Positions 17,252 to 27,818 of a stretch of 64,000 nucleotides of DNA are shown piece after piece. This stretch comes from a virus (Duplodnaviria; Heunggongvirae; Uroviricota; Caudoviricetes). The stretch lies in the IMG/VR virus record IMGVR_UViG_3300042348_001285. The stretch is one strand, 5' to 3'. Every line of letters begins with the position of its first letter. Position 1 is the stretch's first letter. The notes under the pieces are model-generated. The model worked only from the letters and a program-made list of their open reading frames with translations. It was not told the DNA's origin and made no database searches. A program made the translations under genes and the position numbers.

Positions 17252-19822
17252 TCAGTTAGAAGTCCAAAGGCAAGTTTTGATGGCTTCCAAGTAGTCGGAG
17301 GCTTCACCGCGTTTTACCATTTCAAGGGCTCTTTCATGGGGATCCATGTTTTCTAAGGTTGCTTCAAATGCTTTGTCTTCCGGTCCAACAATTTCCCCAA
17401 AATGCACCATGCTTGGCAGGCGATTTAAGATCGCAAAGAGTTTGGATGTTGGTGTTTCACCTTCAGAGAATTCCAAGGTCCCAAATTCTAAACCTTCGCA
17501 GAAACTTTGCAGTTCATCTTGCTGAATGATAGCATTGGTCAGTTTGCCGTCGCTATAAAGATTCTCAACGTAGTGGGAAATCCTTTGTTTATGGGCATGA
17601 ACTTTCTGCTCTTCGAATTCCCTTTTGAGCCTATCGTTTTCTTGCTTAAGGGCCTCAATCTCCTTGTAGATTTGGGCGGGGAACCCAGTCGGGCGGGCTT
17701 GACCTGCAGAACCCATTCCGCTATACTTAACTTCTTCTTCCCCGTCAGAACAAGCTCCCATGGAACCCTTGGGCTCCCTATAAGTCGAACCCTTGCCTGT
17801 TACGGTCATCGGGTCTCCCTCTTCGGCTGCCTTTTTACGGCGGGATATTTCACCTTCAGCATGATTGACGGATGCCTTCTCACCGGACTTCTGACGGACA
17901 ACCCGGACCTTATCACTTTGGGTAGCATCCTTTACGTCAACTGCCATATCGAGATCATCAGGATCTTCCTCAGAGCGAGTTGGGAAATCAGTCGGACCAC
18001 CCTCGCGGCCACGGGGGGCTTTACCACTGGAAGTCTTGGCGGATTTCGGTTCTCGGACGACTCCCTCTTCATCAGGCTCACCACCTTCGGCATGGTCGGC
18101 AATTGGGCCACCTTTGAGTGGGGCTCTTTTGTCGCTGGATGACTGATGAATGACGCGGGAAGTTTTGTTACCTTTAACTGATTTGACATCTACTGCCATA
18201 TCGAGATTGTCGGGGTCTTCCTCAGAAAGGTTAGAAACTGGGGTGGGCCCTTCGCTGCGGCCATGAGGATCCTTCCCATCGGAAGTTCCAGGGCGTTGCT
18301 TCTCTGGGTACTTGGTGCTGGCATCGTCATACTGATCGTTGTTTCTATCTTTGGCCATAGTGTCTTGACCGGCCCAACGACCTTCCTGACTATTGTCACC
18401 ATCTTCCTCTCTGGCAGTTTTTAGGCGGTCCTCGTCTTGTTCGCTATTTTTTGCAGTCTTGAGACGGTCCTCGTCTTGTTCACCATCGCTGGTTACACCA
18501 TCGCGGTCTTCCTCTGGGGCTTTACCAGCCTTTTGACGGGCACCGTAACTATCATCTCTAGATCGGGCAGTAACTGAGCGGCCAGTAACTTTATCTCCGG
18601 TTTCACCTTTGTGAGTACCAAAGGATACTTTCCCATTAGATGCGGTTTTGTGACTAACTTCGTCGTACTCTAGTTCATTGTACTCTGAATCCTCGTCATC
18701 CATTTCCTCTTCGTCCATGTCCGCTTCGTCAACAGGTTGACTGGGGGCTTTCTTTTTCTTGGACTTGGAAACTTCCTTATGCTGAGAATCGATACCTTCC
18801 TCAAATACTTGCTCAACAACCTGAACCTCCTGGCCACCAGCCCCTTTAGAGACACGGCGCTTAATGCCTTCCTCGAATTCGGTGTCTTGGCGCTCTGGTT
18901 CATCCTCGGGGGAGTCCATCATTTCGGACTTTTCGCCACCTTCGGTAACTTCCTTGAATTCCCCGTCTTCTTCGGTATCATCAAGTTTGGCTTCGGGGGA
19001 AACTTTTGATTTGGACATTTTTGGCTTGTTTTCTGGTGCTTTGGTTTCTAGATTGGCTACTTCTTGAGTAGACTCAGTGATTTCAGCGCCTTCGCGCCCC
19101 AAGTTCTTTTTCATTTCAGAGAATTGCTGATTAGGGTTATCGGGGTTGGCGTTTTGATCCGCCGAATTTGTGGTTTCAGGTTGTTGGCCTTGGCCGACAT
19201 CCGGTTCTGTTTGTTGGTCCTGGTTTTGTTCTAGTTGCTGTAGGGACTGATTGACTTCACTTTTGACTTCATCTAGTCTTTCTTTTAGCATTTCTAGGGG
19301 ACTTTTTTCTATAAGCAGCGTCGGTCCTAAGTCCTTATCAAAAATTTGGTCAGGGGACAGGGCCACCGCAAAGTCGAAAACTCCCTCTTCTTCGCTGAAA
19401 GAGAATGGCTCCAAGCCTTTCACAGCTGGGGGTGCAGCTCCGAGCAATGCCAAATGCCTTGCACTCCACTTGCCTTTGTGTGGGTTAATGGGGGAATCGG
19501 GGGAATAGAAGGAAATGGAAACTTTCCTATAATGACCACCTCTAACTAAGTCCTTAGCTACATCCGTAAATTCTACATCTGCATATAAGTCATCACCCTT
19601 TTGAGAGAATCCTTTAATCCACCCGTAAGCAGGTACGCTGTCGTTATCTCCAGAGTGGCCAATTACAAGGGGGGCTGAATGGACTTTGGGGTCATATGAG
19701 TTTGCAACTTCCTTAAGGTCGTCAGCAGAGAAGTTTCTCTGCACACCCTGTGCGCTAGTTTGGGGGCCAGCTTTAAATACGTGGACTTTTTTTGAGAACA
19801 CTTTTTTATCGGATTTACTCAT
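17252..19822 (-). CDS. Mu gpI-like prohead protease with long acidic scaffold region
   Basis: N-terminal ~150 aa carry APLVIGH, PAYGWI, YRKVSISFY and RHLALLGAAPPAVKGL. About 700 aa of acidic low-complexity sequence with internal duplications follow. Confidence 0.85.
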   Translation of the reverse strand: MSKSDKKVFSKKVHVFKAGPQTSAQGVQRNFSADDLKEVANSYDPKVHSAPLVIGHSGDNDSVPAYGWIKGFSQKGDDLYADVEFTDVAKDLVRGGHYRKVSISFYSPDSPINPHKGKWSARHLALLGAAPPAVKGLEPFSFSEEEGVFDFAVALSPDQIFDKDLGPTLLIEKSPLEMLKERLDEVKSEVNQSLQQLEQNQDQQTEPDVGQGQQPETTNSADQNANPDNPNQQFSEMKKNLGREGAEITESTQEVANLETKAPENKPKMSKSKVSPEAKLDDTEEDGEFKEVTEGGEKSEMMDSPEDEPERQDTEFEEGIKRRVSKGAGGQEVQVVEQVFEEGIDSQHKEVSKSKKKKAPSQPVDEADMDEEEMDDEDSEYNELEYDEVSHKTASNGKVSFGTHKGETGDKVTGRSVTARSRDDSYGARQKAGKAPEEDRDGVTSDGEQDEDRLKTAKNSEQDEDRLKTAREEDGDNSQEGRWAGQDTMAKDRNNDQYDDASTKYPEKQRPGTSDGKDPHGRSEGPTPVSNLSEEDPDNLDMAVDVKSVKGNKTSRVIHQSSSDKRAPLKGGPIADHAEGGEPDEEGVVREPKSAKTSSGKAPRGREGGPTDFPTRSEEDPDDLDMAVDVKDATQSDKVRVVRQKSGEKASVNHAEGEISRRKKAAEEGDPMTVTGKGSTYREPKGSMGACSDGEEEVKYSGMGSAGQARPTGFPAQIYKEIEALKQENDRLKREFEEQKVHAHKQRISHYVENLYSDGKLTNAIIQQDELQSFCEGLEFGTLEFSEGETPTSKLFAILNRLPSMVHFGEIVGPEDKAFEATLENMDPHERALEMVKRGEASDYLEAIKTCLWTSN

Positions 19823-19824
19823 GC

Positions 19825-21597
19825 TTATTTTTTACCCTTGACCTTGTTTTCCATCTCTGATATTATAGAGTCTAATTCTCCATCGGAAATTCCACTTGTG
19901 GATTCGGTCTCATTTGCCTCTTCCTCAGGGAGTTCCCCCGGTTCGGATTCCCCTGGTTCTTCAGCCAATGCAGAGTCTAACTCGGATAGTAAGGAGTCTA
20001 ACTCTTTGTTGGCTTTGCTATTTTTCTTTTTTGGTTGCTTTTCTACAGGGGGTTGCTTTGTTGGAGTTTCTTCATTCGGAGTCATCTCATCCGGGGTTTC
20101 TTCAGTTGGGGTCACCTCAGCCGGGGCCATCTCATCCAGGGTTTCTTCAGTCGGGGTCGTATCATCCGGGGTTTCTTCACCCTGAATTCCCTCATCCGGG
20201 GCCCCTTCATCTGGGGCCACCTCATCCGGAGTCATCTCAGTGGTAGATCCAAGGGGCCCTTCAGCATCCCCACCCGAACCATCTTCTGGACCGAAAATCG
20301 ACTCATATAGGTTCTTATCCTTTTCAGGGTCAAACGTAGTTTCACCTTCGCTACCCTGTTGGCCTTCAGCAGATTTGGCCTCATCTTCTAAATCAACTCT
20401 AAAGTGCCTCTCAATCCATTCTCTACGGGGTTTGAAACCATTTTGAATCAATAGGGAAACATCAGCGGGTGTCAGTTGGGACTCCTCAATTCTGAACTCC
20501 CTAGTTAAGGTCGGAGATGCAACATCAGCACCGAAATTTAAATCTACAATCCACCTTACCAAAGTTTGAGTTAGTTGATGACAGATCATTTCTGATATCT
20601 CAGATGCCCTCACCACTCGAACTACGTTAGCAACCATCGACGAAGCCCTGGAACCAGACTCAGCCTGCCCAGCTTCATTTTCACCGCAAATCAGAAGGCT
20701 AATGACTTTATCTAGGTAGTCAATCAAGCCTTTAAACACATCGGGGCTACCTTCAGGGTTAATAAAATCCAATACGAACCCTTCAGGTAAAACCATCGCG
20801 GTCTCTTGGGATAAATTTGAGATCATCCCATAAATATTATCGATTTCGGCTGTTGATGCACTTAGGGGGGCAGTTGCTACGGTAGTCGGGGTTGCATATC
20901 TGTCACCATAAAGGACATAAGACTCTAATGCCCTCCTCCTAAACTTCACCAGGGGGTATAAAATACGACCAATCGAAGAACCATAGGGATCCCCATTATG
21001 CTGAGTCCAGTACCTATTGATGATGAATTTACGCGCAGGTAGCTCGATACCTTCAAACATCCTGTTGAATGTCAAGCAACGCATTGTAAAACCTGTTTGA
21101 GAATCCTCAGCTTCTTGGAAGACAAATCGGCGCTGGTCTCTAACTCGAACATCAAATGGGATGACACCCCGCTTGGTTTTCTTCCACATTACTTCCGCAA
21201 CACTGAAACCAACAATTAAGGCTTCGGCTAAGCCTTTGAAAATATCGTCTATTGGCAACTCCTCTAAAACTTCTGCTACAAAGTCCCTGACGGCTAAATC
21301 CCCAGGTTTATCGCTGTATTCCTGAACATACCATGGCCTAGACGTAACTTCCTGGAGCAACTTAGAGTAAGAACCCTGGACTTGTTCATCCAATAGCAAC
21401 CTTTGGTAAGTTGATAATGCGCGATTACCTCCCTTTTGGATTAGTAGGTCGTCATTAGGGCGAACAATGCTGGAACCAGTCCCCGTAAAAGGAGAGCTAG
21501 AACCAAACATGTAAATGGAACTAAGCGCATACGGGTTACTGATGTACGAGCTTATTTCACCGGTTGGGACAGGCGATGTCTTAAATCTTTTGGCCAT
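19825..21597 (-). CDS. Portal protein (DUF935/Mu gp29-like)
   Basis: GLAEALIVGFSVAEVMW, NGDPYGSSIGRILY, YGDRYATP, GSRASSMV and PTLTREF motifs, then an acidic C-terminal repeat tail. Confidence 0.85.
   Translation of the reverse strand: MAKRFKTSPVPTGEISSYISNPYALSSIYMFGSSSPFTGTGSSIVRPNDDLLIQKGGNRALSTYQRLLLDEQVQGSYSKLLQEVTSRPWYVQEYSDKPGDLAVRDFVAEVLEELPIDDIFKGLAEALIVGFSVAEVMWKKTKRGVIPFDVRVRDQRRFVFQEAEDSQTGFTMRCLTFNRMFEGIELPARKFIINRYWTQHNGDPYGSSIGRILYPLVKFRRRALESYVLYGDRYATPTTVATAPLSASTAEIDNIYGMISNLSQETAMVLPEGFVLDFINPEGSPDVFKGLIDYLDKVISLLICGENEAGQAESGSRASSMVANVVRVVRASEISEMICHQLTQTLVRWIVDLNFGADVASPTLTREFRIEESQLTPADVSLLIQNGFKPRREWIERHFRVDLEDEAKSAEGQQGSEGETTFDPEKDKNLYESIFGPEDGSGGDAEGPLGSTTEMTPDEVAPDEGAPDEGIQGEETPDDTTPTEETLDEMAPAEVTPTEETPDEMTPNEETPTKQPPVEKQPKKKNSKANKELDSLLSELDSALAEEPGESEPGELPEEEANETESTSGISDGELDSIISEMENKVKGKK
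20060..20240 (-). repeat. Imperfect 15-nt (5-aa) tandem repeats in the portal C-terminus
   Basis: TPDEV/APDEG/APDEG/TPDDT/TPTEE/TLDEM/TPTEE/TPDEM/TPNEE. Boundaries approximate. Confidence 0.7.
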
Positions 21598-21673
21598 TGC
21601 CTTCCCCCTTGTTGATATGATGTTTGACCAAGCTACTAAATGTTACGCTGTAGAGGTTTTACCCCGTGGAAAC

Positions 21674-22051
21674 TCAGTTTCCAAGGGAGAATTGAACAGG
21701 GGGTTGAGGTATGTTATTGACGGCGTAAGTAATGGCCACTAAATAAACACCGTCGTCCCCCCTGGTTACCCAATCCCCATTAACAGAGAGGGAAGTTAAA
21801 CCTGAAACCTGTGATGATATTGAAGTTTGAAACTCTGAATTAATTTGCCCAGGGTCCATTACATCTAGAGTATGGTCACCAACCCCATAATCAGCTCTCA
21901 TCACCCTTTCGAAAAATCTCGTCTCTACCACACTTCTGATCTCTTGAGATTTCAATTCAAAATCAGTACTTGTAGCTAAATTACCATTCTTAATTCTTAA
22001 AGGATAAGCTATGCCCCTTACAGTGGGGTATGTCGGTTGCGGCACACTCAT
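21674..22051 (-). CDS. Baseplate wedge protein, gp25/gpW-like
   Basis: RGIAYPLRI...IRSVVETRFFERVMRADYGVG matches the gp25 family pattern. Confidence 0.8.
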   Translation of the reverse strand: MSVPQPTYPTVRGIAYPLRIKNGNLATSTDFELKSQEIRSVVETRFFERVMRADYGVGDHTLDVMDPGQINSEFQTSISSQVSGLTSLSVNGDWVTRGDDGVYLVAITYAVNNIPQPPVQFSLGN

Positions 22052-22332
22052 CTATAACACCTTAGAATTTGAAGCTCTAATTGTCTTACCCTCCTTTTTA
22101 CCTCCTCTGTAGATAAGTCACTTCCCATGACTTTCTTCATTTCTAACCTAATTTGACCATTCGGCAAAGACCCGTACAGTGATGGATCTGTCAGTTGTTC
22201 TGAAACTCTTTGATTGTCGCTATCTAGCATATAGAGGCAGAATGCTTCTAATGAAACACCCTGCCCCTTAGCTTCTTGCTCTAGCTTAGAAAAAAGAGAG
22301 TCAGGAATCTGTAGCTTTAATTCCTTGTTCAT
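22048..22332 (-). CDS. Ribbon-helix-helix-like DNA-binding protein
   Basis: KELKLQIPDSLFSKLEQEAKGQGVSLEAFCLYML. Confidence 0.6.
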   Translation of the reverse strand: MNKELKLQIPDSLFSKLEQEAKGQGVSLEAFCLYMLDSDNQRVSEQLTDPSLYGSLPNGQIRLEMKKVMGSDLSTEEVKRRVRQLELQILRCYR

Positions 22333-22347
22333 TGACCCTCTTGTAGG

Positions 22348-25300
22348 TTAACCTAAGCCTCTTGATTGAAGTTCATTGCTCATTTGACCAATGGAAACTC
22401 TAATCAATCCAACATCGATTCTTTCCATTGTTGGGACAGGGACATCATAGACTTGGACATTGACGATTCCGTTTTCCAGATCTTCGACCCTGTTGATCCT
22501 TTCGTCGCAGATGACTTGGAAAGCATCCGAAGGCTTAGCACCATAAAGAGCACCTTCGTTGTAAAGTTGACCCATGACGCTGTTGCCAATGGTGACAATC
22601 TGGTTGAAGATAACTCCAAAGCCATCAATTACTGAGAAGATTTGATTATCAAATACCCTGCGGAGCGAACCATAAACAACGTTTTGGATGACGCGGGTGT
22701 TGACAAATTGGAACTTACGTTGTTCGGGGATGGCAGGATTGACCCTGGTTCTTCCTCCCCAGATGAAAATCGCAGAAGAAGCATAGCCAGGCAGGGTCCT
22801 AGCAACGTTGCAGCCCCTGGGGTTCAACAGGTTCTGTTGAGCAGAGTTGACAGAAAGTTGAACACTAACGGCATCGACAAGTTGATACTTAGTGCCAGCT
22901 GGGGGGAATTGGAACCCTTCTGAGCGATAACGTCTTAGTGCAACTCCGGCCACATACGGGGAGAGAGGAATGTACTGACCCGCTGAATTAAGGATGTGTG
23001 GGCCATAGTAGGCAATAAATCCAAAAGCGTTAAAGTAGCGTTGGCTATCCTCTAGCAAGCGTGCTACATTATCGACACCGGCCTCTATGAATACCGCCTC
23101 TGGTTCACCTGAATTTCCCACCCCACGTAAAGCATCATCGATAATCTCAGTGGATGTAATGGCATCAAAGTTCCACAAATTGGTTAATGGTGTTTGCTCT
23201 TCGGTTAATACAAGTTCGACTTGTGAGCCATGGCACACATGGCCAACCGAAGTAAGATCACCACCAAGGCTATTAGCAGGGACCACAACCCAGTCGTAAC
23301 TGCCCCCGTTAAGCACCACAGCAATCCGGTCACCCACCTTAACTGCAGTCATACCGTCTGGTGCCACAGAGTTTGTTGGTGCCGAGGTCACTTGGAAGTA
23401 GACACCACCCAAATGGCTGATAGAAGACTGAATGTTAATGCCTGTGCTGGAAACGGCTAGTCCGCAAGCTACTGCATAAGGGGAAGCTACATCAAGAAGT
23501 CCTGTGCCAGCAGTGGTATTAGCCTCGTAGTCGCCACCGTAGATGGCGTCAATGGCTGGAACTATGAAGGCCTGGGAGGTAAAGTTTTGGTCTGTAGTCG
23601 GGGTGCAAATATAGTTTTGAGTTGAACTCTGCGTTGCACCCGGATTAACTAAAGCCAAGGTGGGCAGCCATCCAGCAGATGTGGTTTCACCATAGGGGAA
23701 AATCAACTCCTCACCAAGGATCTTGGAACTCCTATTAAGATACATGGACACAGTCGGGTTGCCAGCTCCGGGGGCTGGTGCCACCGATGCGTCAGCAGCC
23801 TGGCTTGCGATAATACCGCTGTTTAAACCATATTTCCGAGCCCTAATTAGGGGGATAGTGGTTAGTTCGGCCAAATTAACAGAAGTCAAGTTACCACCCA
23901 GTACTCCGGAGTACAAAATGGTGGGCTTTGTGGAAATAGAGCCAGATGGGAAAGTAATGTATGAGCCAGACAAATACCCCGTATAGCTAGACGCTAGCAG
24001 GATGGTATCATTATCAATGACCTTGGCAAAGTAAGGATTAATGGAGTTAGCAGTAGTTGCCTTTAGCAAAGTCGTGGTGCCAGCCAAAACAGCTTGCGTG
24101 AAGAAGACTCTTTGACCATTGACTAGACCATGCTTATTGATGTCTAGTGACGCATGAGCAGTAGTACTACCGGCCATGGTATAAGAATTGATACCCTCAG
24201 AAGGGTCAAATAAAGTCCTTGAGATGAAATTCAGCCTATAATCTCTGGTTGAATCCTGAAGGGTTGCAGGAAGGTGCAATGTATTAACTCCCTTTGTTTC
24301 CCCTGTGATATTTTGAACCAGGTTAGAGGTTTGCCCCTGAATTTCAACAGGCCAATTCCAGTCAGGTGTGCCGTAAGTGACGACCGCTGTAGATCCGGTT
24401 GGGGTGTTAACTACATAAGCTCCATTTGCTGCAGCTACACCGTTAGCTACAAGGTCAGTGCCCCCAGCAGCCATAACCGCTGTCAACACTGCAGTAGCTT
24501 CAGATGCTGTTTCTGTGATGTAGACATATTGAGTGCTGCTATTAGAAGGATAAGCACAGAACAGATTCTCATCATATGGGGGTGCTACAATGTAGACAGT
24601 AGCTGAAGTTTCATCCATGCCGAATAATCCACCGAAGTCTGCACCAGCGTTGCTGATGGTTACCTCTTGAATTTCTTTCCCAACTGGCCAAACAGCACCA
24701 TCAACGACGAAAATGCCATTCTGGGACAAACCAGAAACAGACTCCAATGCAAAGACAGCTGGGTCTAAAATGCCGACCTTCTCGCCAGCGGCTACAGTTG
24801 CTGTAGATTGTAGTACTGCGACCTTTGGGCTATGGCCAGGGATCATAGATTGGTATGGCAAACGTCTGTAAGTAACGTCATTGCCGGTCCATTCGTAGAT
24901 GGTATTATCAACCAAATACTTCAAGCCCATTACCAAATCTTCGGCAGGCTGATGTGGGGTATAGTTTTTATACTTATTGATATCTGTAACTAAGAACGAG
25001 CCACCGTCTGCCAAAGCCAGCCACTTAAAGTTACCATCTTCGCAATGGGCAGCAGCAGCAGCTCCCACGGCAGTTCTACCTGCAGCATCAAACTGTGCAT
25101 ATGCAGTGGGCGATAGCAGATATCCCTGGTCTTGTTGTCCGTCAAATGCAGTTCTGATGCACTGAACATAGTCTTGAGGGACCCTTTCCAGGCTAGTCTG
25201 GGCACAATCAATAGTTCCGACCACATAGCAATCGGTCATTAAGATTTTAGCAGCGCCTACAATGAATTGTTCAGGTACTACTTGGATAGTCCCGTCAAAA

Positions 25301-25998
25301 GTTGTAGCTGCCAGGACTGCAAATCCGCTTTCTGAATTTATCTCAGGGCAAAGGGTATTTACTAGGCCCGACTCCCTGACATACACAGAGCTACTAATGC
25401 TAGGATTAGACTCAATTGCAGCGGCAAATGCGTTGACGATTGCAGATGAAATCTTACGGTTATTTACTTCGTCCCCAACAATGTAATCAACGGGTATAGT
25501 AACAGGGACACCAAGCCACTCGCCATCGGCAGTATAACCAGTGGAGCCATCTCCAGCCACTAACTTTTGGCCATTAAGGATCATTTGGATGTACACCTGG
25601 TCACCAGCTTCGAGCTGGGAGGGTAATCCAGTGGAATTGATCTTGGTCCCAGAAGGTAGAAACTCGATTTCAGCAATCTGAGTTGGTGTTCCTACTCTGA
25701 CGACACGAACGTCCCCAACTTGTTGGGCATTTAGGAAAAGTTCATTTACACAATTATAGCTAAGAAGGGGGATTTTCTCGGTGGGTACTCCGCCTACTAG
25801 TGCCTTGTAGTCAGTTAAAGAGGTGATGGCTACAGGGTTATTAAAGGGGAAGCGACTTACTGGGACAGAGTCCTCAGCCTCCACCAACATGTAGGCAGTG
25901 TTAAATGTTGCGATTGGAGCGGCTGTAATATTGCCAGCGACTTCGTTTATGAATGTACCAGGGGCCCCAGGGGTGGTGCCAAAAGAGAAAGTTGCCAT
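22348..25998 (-). CDS. Tail sheath protein (very large, with internal insertion domains)
   Basis: N-terminal APGTFINE. C-terminal sheath motifs AYYGPHIL, PLSPYVAGV, FQFPPAG, IWGGRT, FVNTRVI, ICDERIN and VPVPTMERI. Confidence 0.9.
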   Translation of the reverse strand: MATFSFGTTPGAPGTFINEVAGNITAAPIATFNTAYMLVEAEDSVPVSRFPFNNPVAITSLTDYKALVGGVPTEKIPLLSYNCVNELFLNAQQVGDVRVVRVGTPTQIAEIEFLPSGTKINSTGLPSQLEAGDQVYIQMILNGQKLVAGDGSTGYTADGEWLGVPVTIPVDYIVGDEVNNRKISSAIVNAFAAAIESNPSISSSVYVRESGLVNTLCPEINSESGFAVLAATTFDGTIQVVPEQFIVGAAKILMTDCYVVGTIDCAQTSLERVPQDYVQCIRTAFDGQQDQGYLLSPTAYAQFDAAGRTAVGAAAAAHCEDGNFKWLALADGGSFLVTDINKYKNYTPHQPAEDLVMGLKYLVDNTIYEWTGNDVTYRRLPYQSMIPGHSPKVAVLQSTATVAAGEKVGILDPAVFALESVSGLSQNGIFVVDGAVWPVGKEIQEVTISNAGADFGGLFGMDETSATVYIVAPPYDENLFCAYPSNSSTQYVYITETASEATAVLTAVMAAGGTDLVANGVAAANGAYVVNTPTGSTAVVTYGTPDWNWPVEIQGQTSNLVQNITGETKGVNTLHLPATLQDSTRDYRLNFISRTLFDPSEGINSYTMAGSTTAHASLDINKHGLVNGQRVFFTQAVLAGTTTLLKATTANSINPYFAKVIDNDTILLASSYTGYLSGSYITFPSGSISTKPTILYSGVLGGNLTSVNLAELTTIPLIRARKYGLNSGIIASQAADASVAPAPGAGNPTVSMYLNRSSKILGEELIFPYGETTSAGWLPTLALVNPGATQSSTQNYICTPTTDQNFTSQAFIVPAIDAIYGGDYEANTTAGTGLLDVASPYAVACGLAVSSTGINIQSSISHLGGVYFQVTSAPTNSVAPDGMTAVKVGDRIAVVLNGGSYDWVVVPANSLGGDLTSVGHVCHGSQVELVLTEEQTPLTNLWNFDAITSTEIIDDALRGVGNSGEPEAVFIEAGVDNVARLLEDSQRYFNAFGFIAYYGPHILNSAGQYIPLSPYVAGVALRRYRSEGFQFPPAGTKYQLVDAVSVQLSVNSAQQNLLNPRGCNVARTLPGYASSAIFIWGGRTRVNPAIPEQRKFQFVNTRVIQNVVYGSLRRVFDNQIFSVIDGFGVIFNQIVTIGNSVMGQLYNEGALYGAKPSDAFQVICDERINRVEDLENGIVNVQVYDVPVPTMERIDVGLIRVSIGQMSNELQSRGLG

Positions 25999-26173
25999 TT
26001 TATATTTAGTATTCCCCCTTTACCTAATCCTCGTACCGGCGGGGATAACTCCGGTGGTGGTGCCCGTAGGCCAAGGATTGTTTATGGACAATTAATATTT
26101 ACCCACCACTAAATTGACATCCTTTCCGGCCTGAATAGTGATGTCCCCCAGCCAAAGATTAGTGGTTTTTATT

Positions 26174-26539
26174 CTATTGGTTGCCAGTATCGGAATGAAC
26201 ACTAGCGGCTGACCAACCGTTGTTTCTTTCTACATCACTTAAAGACAATCTAGTGTATCTCGATAAGGACTCAGCGTAAGACTCTTGAGAAGTGAAGGGG
26301 AAGAAGTCTCCAACAGAGTTTGTAACGGGGGACAGTACGGGGGATTGTTGCGTCAATCCTACAGACATAGCTGGCCCCGAAACACTACCCGGGTTAAGAA
26401 TTGTCCCTAAAGGGGGATTTTTTACTACGGACCATGTGGGGTTATTCTCCAGAACTTCCCTATATGAGAGGGAGTTTGAGTATAGAGCAAAACCCAGTCT
26501 TCTCCAGGTTGAACCAGATTGAAAAACTAGGTTTGCCAT
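26174..26539 (-). CDS. Putative tail protein X/LysM-like baseplate protein
   Basis: N-terminal QSGSTWRRLGFALYSN...VLENNP fits a gpX/LysM-like pattern. Confidence 0.45.
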   Translation of the reverse strand: MANLVFQSGSTWRRLGFALYSNSLSYREVLENNPTWSVVKNPPLGTILNPGSVSGPAMSVGLTQQSPVLSPVTNSVGDFFPFTSQESYAESLSRYTRLSLSDVERNNGWSAASVHSDTGNQ

Positions 26540-26542
26540 CTA

Positions 26543-26992
26543 TCAGGTTCCTCTTTTTGCTTTTGCCATCAGGCGAGCACCAACTTCAGTACCACGAGTT
26601 AGGGGGAAGCCATTATCCCTTGAAACTTCCTTAACTTCGTTATTAAGTTGACTCGAAGGTACAAATGGGTCTACTTCCGGGGAGTTTAACCTATTGGAAA
26701 GTTTCTCTTGAATAGACGCCTCGATGGACTCCTTAGTGGGTTTATCCTTAATGGCAGTGCTCTCGGCTGTTTTAAGGTCGATTACAGCGGGTTCGTGTGA
26801 TTCGTATGATTCGGACCCTAAACCATGGGTTTCTGTGGACTCTGGTGTCATGGCTACGGGGGGCTCAGGGGTTTCTGAATTGGGTGTAATTTCAGCAGCT
26901 GGATTTTCTTCCCAGGCTTCATTTACATTGGGGGTAGTTGGGTCATCGCCAACAAATTTACCGAGGTGGTCTTTAGCGCGTTGTCTTGTCAT
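26543..26992 (-). CDS. Hypothetical acidic protein
   Basis: 149-aa ORF within the operon. Confidence 0.5.
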   Translation of the reverse strand: MTRQRAKDHLGKFVGDDPTTPNVNEAWEENPAAEITPNSETPEPPVAMTPESTETHGLGSESYESHEPAVIDLKTAESTAIKDKPTKESIEASIQEKLSNRLNSPEVDPFVPSSQLNNEVKEVSRDNGFPLTRGTEVGARLMAKAKRGT

Positions 26993-26994
26993 GG

Positions 26995-27405
26995 TTATTT
27001 AAGAATGTGTTTCCAGGCAATGTCAGATAGTTTGTCAAGGGAGCTATCTGGTACTCCCATCCATGGGCGGGCGGGCATTTTTTCAGTCCCAAATTGGTTG
27101 AACACCCCCCACGGAGTCGTATCGACTAAGAATCTATTACCCCAAGGTTTAATAGTAGCCGAGTCTTGCATTTCGCCAGTCTGCCTCAAGATTGGGCCAG
27201 CTCCAAACCCACTGGAAATTCTTTTCTTTATAGTGTTGGGGCTTAATTTAATCCATGGTCTCCCTTCGGGGTCTACTTGAGACGGCCAGTTAACCTTATT
27301 ATCATCTAGAAGGGCAGGGGCCCATTCCACTTTGGCCGGACCCCACCACCCTAATTTAAAGGGTTGCATAGAACCCGGCTCCTTTAGGGTGACTTTAATT
27401 TTCAT
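26995..27405 (-). CDS. Virion morphogenesis protein (Mu gpG-like)
   Basis: WIKLSPNTIKKR, ILRQTGEMQDS and QFGTEKMPARPWMG motifs. Confidence 0.8.
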   Translation of the reverse strand: MKIKVTLKEPGSMQPFKLGWWGPAKVEWAPALLDDNKVNWPSQVDPEGRPWIKLSPNTIKKRISSGFGAGPILRQTGEMQDSATIKPWGNRFLVDTTPWGVFNQFGTEKMPARPWMGVPDSSLDKLSDIAWKHILK

Positions 27406-27818
27406 TTCTTTTTCATTAGGCTCTCTTGTTCTTCGGCATATTTTTTATTGACTTCAATCATGGCTCTAATTTTGCTCATAGGTTGAGTTTCCAACCAATC
27501 GATGGATGAATCCCACCGTTGTTTGCATAAGTGAAACGCTACTTCAAGCCAATTTTCCACTGACAGGATATTTTCTTGGAAGATAGTTGTCACTGCCCAG
27601 TCAATTAATACTTTGAAAATTTTAGACGGGGTTTCATCGATGGCGTCGGTATTTAAGATCACCCTTAGAAGTAGCGGTAGGAAGCTCTTCTCACCATTCC
27701 TGAGGATTTGTGCCCTATAGAAGTCTTTGGGGGTTATCTCCCTAAGGTGAAATGGCCCCCACCCGTCTATAGTTACAAGATACGAAAAGTCGTCTTGATC
27801 CTCAATTAAGATTTTGGG
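27402..27818 (-). CDS. -1 frameshift extension of tail chaperone (GT form)
   Basis: The -1 frame opens at CCC AAA ATC TTA ATT GAG, directly after an in-frame TGA, and runs to 27402. Its first ATG/GTG/TTG is the GTG at 27662. Slippery heptamer C CCA AAA at 27812-27818. Confidence 0.6.
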   Translation of the reverse strand, partial: PKILIEDQDDFSYLVTIDGWGPFHLREITPKDFYRAQILRNGEKSFLPLLLRVILNTDAIDETPSKIFKVLIDWAVTTIFQENILSVENWLEVAFHLCKQRWDSSIDWLETQPMSKIRAMIEVNKKYAEEQESLMKKK

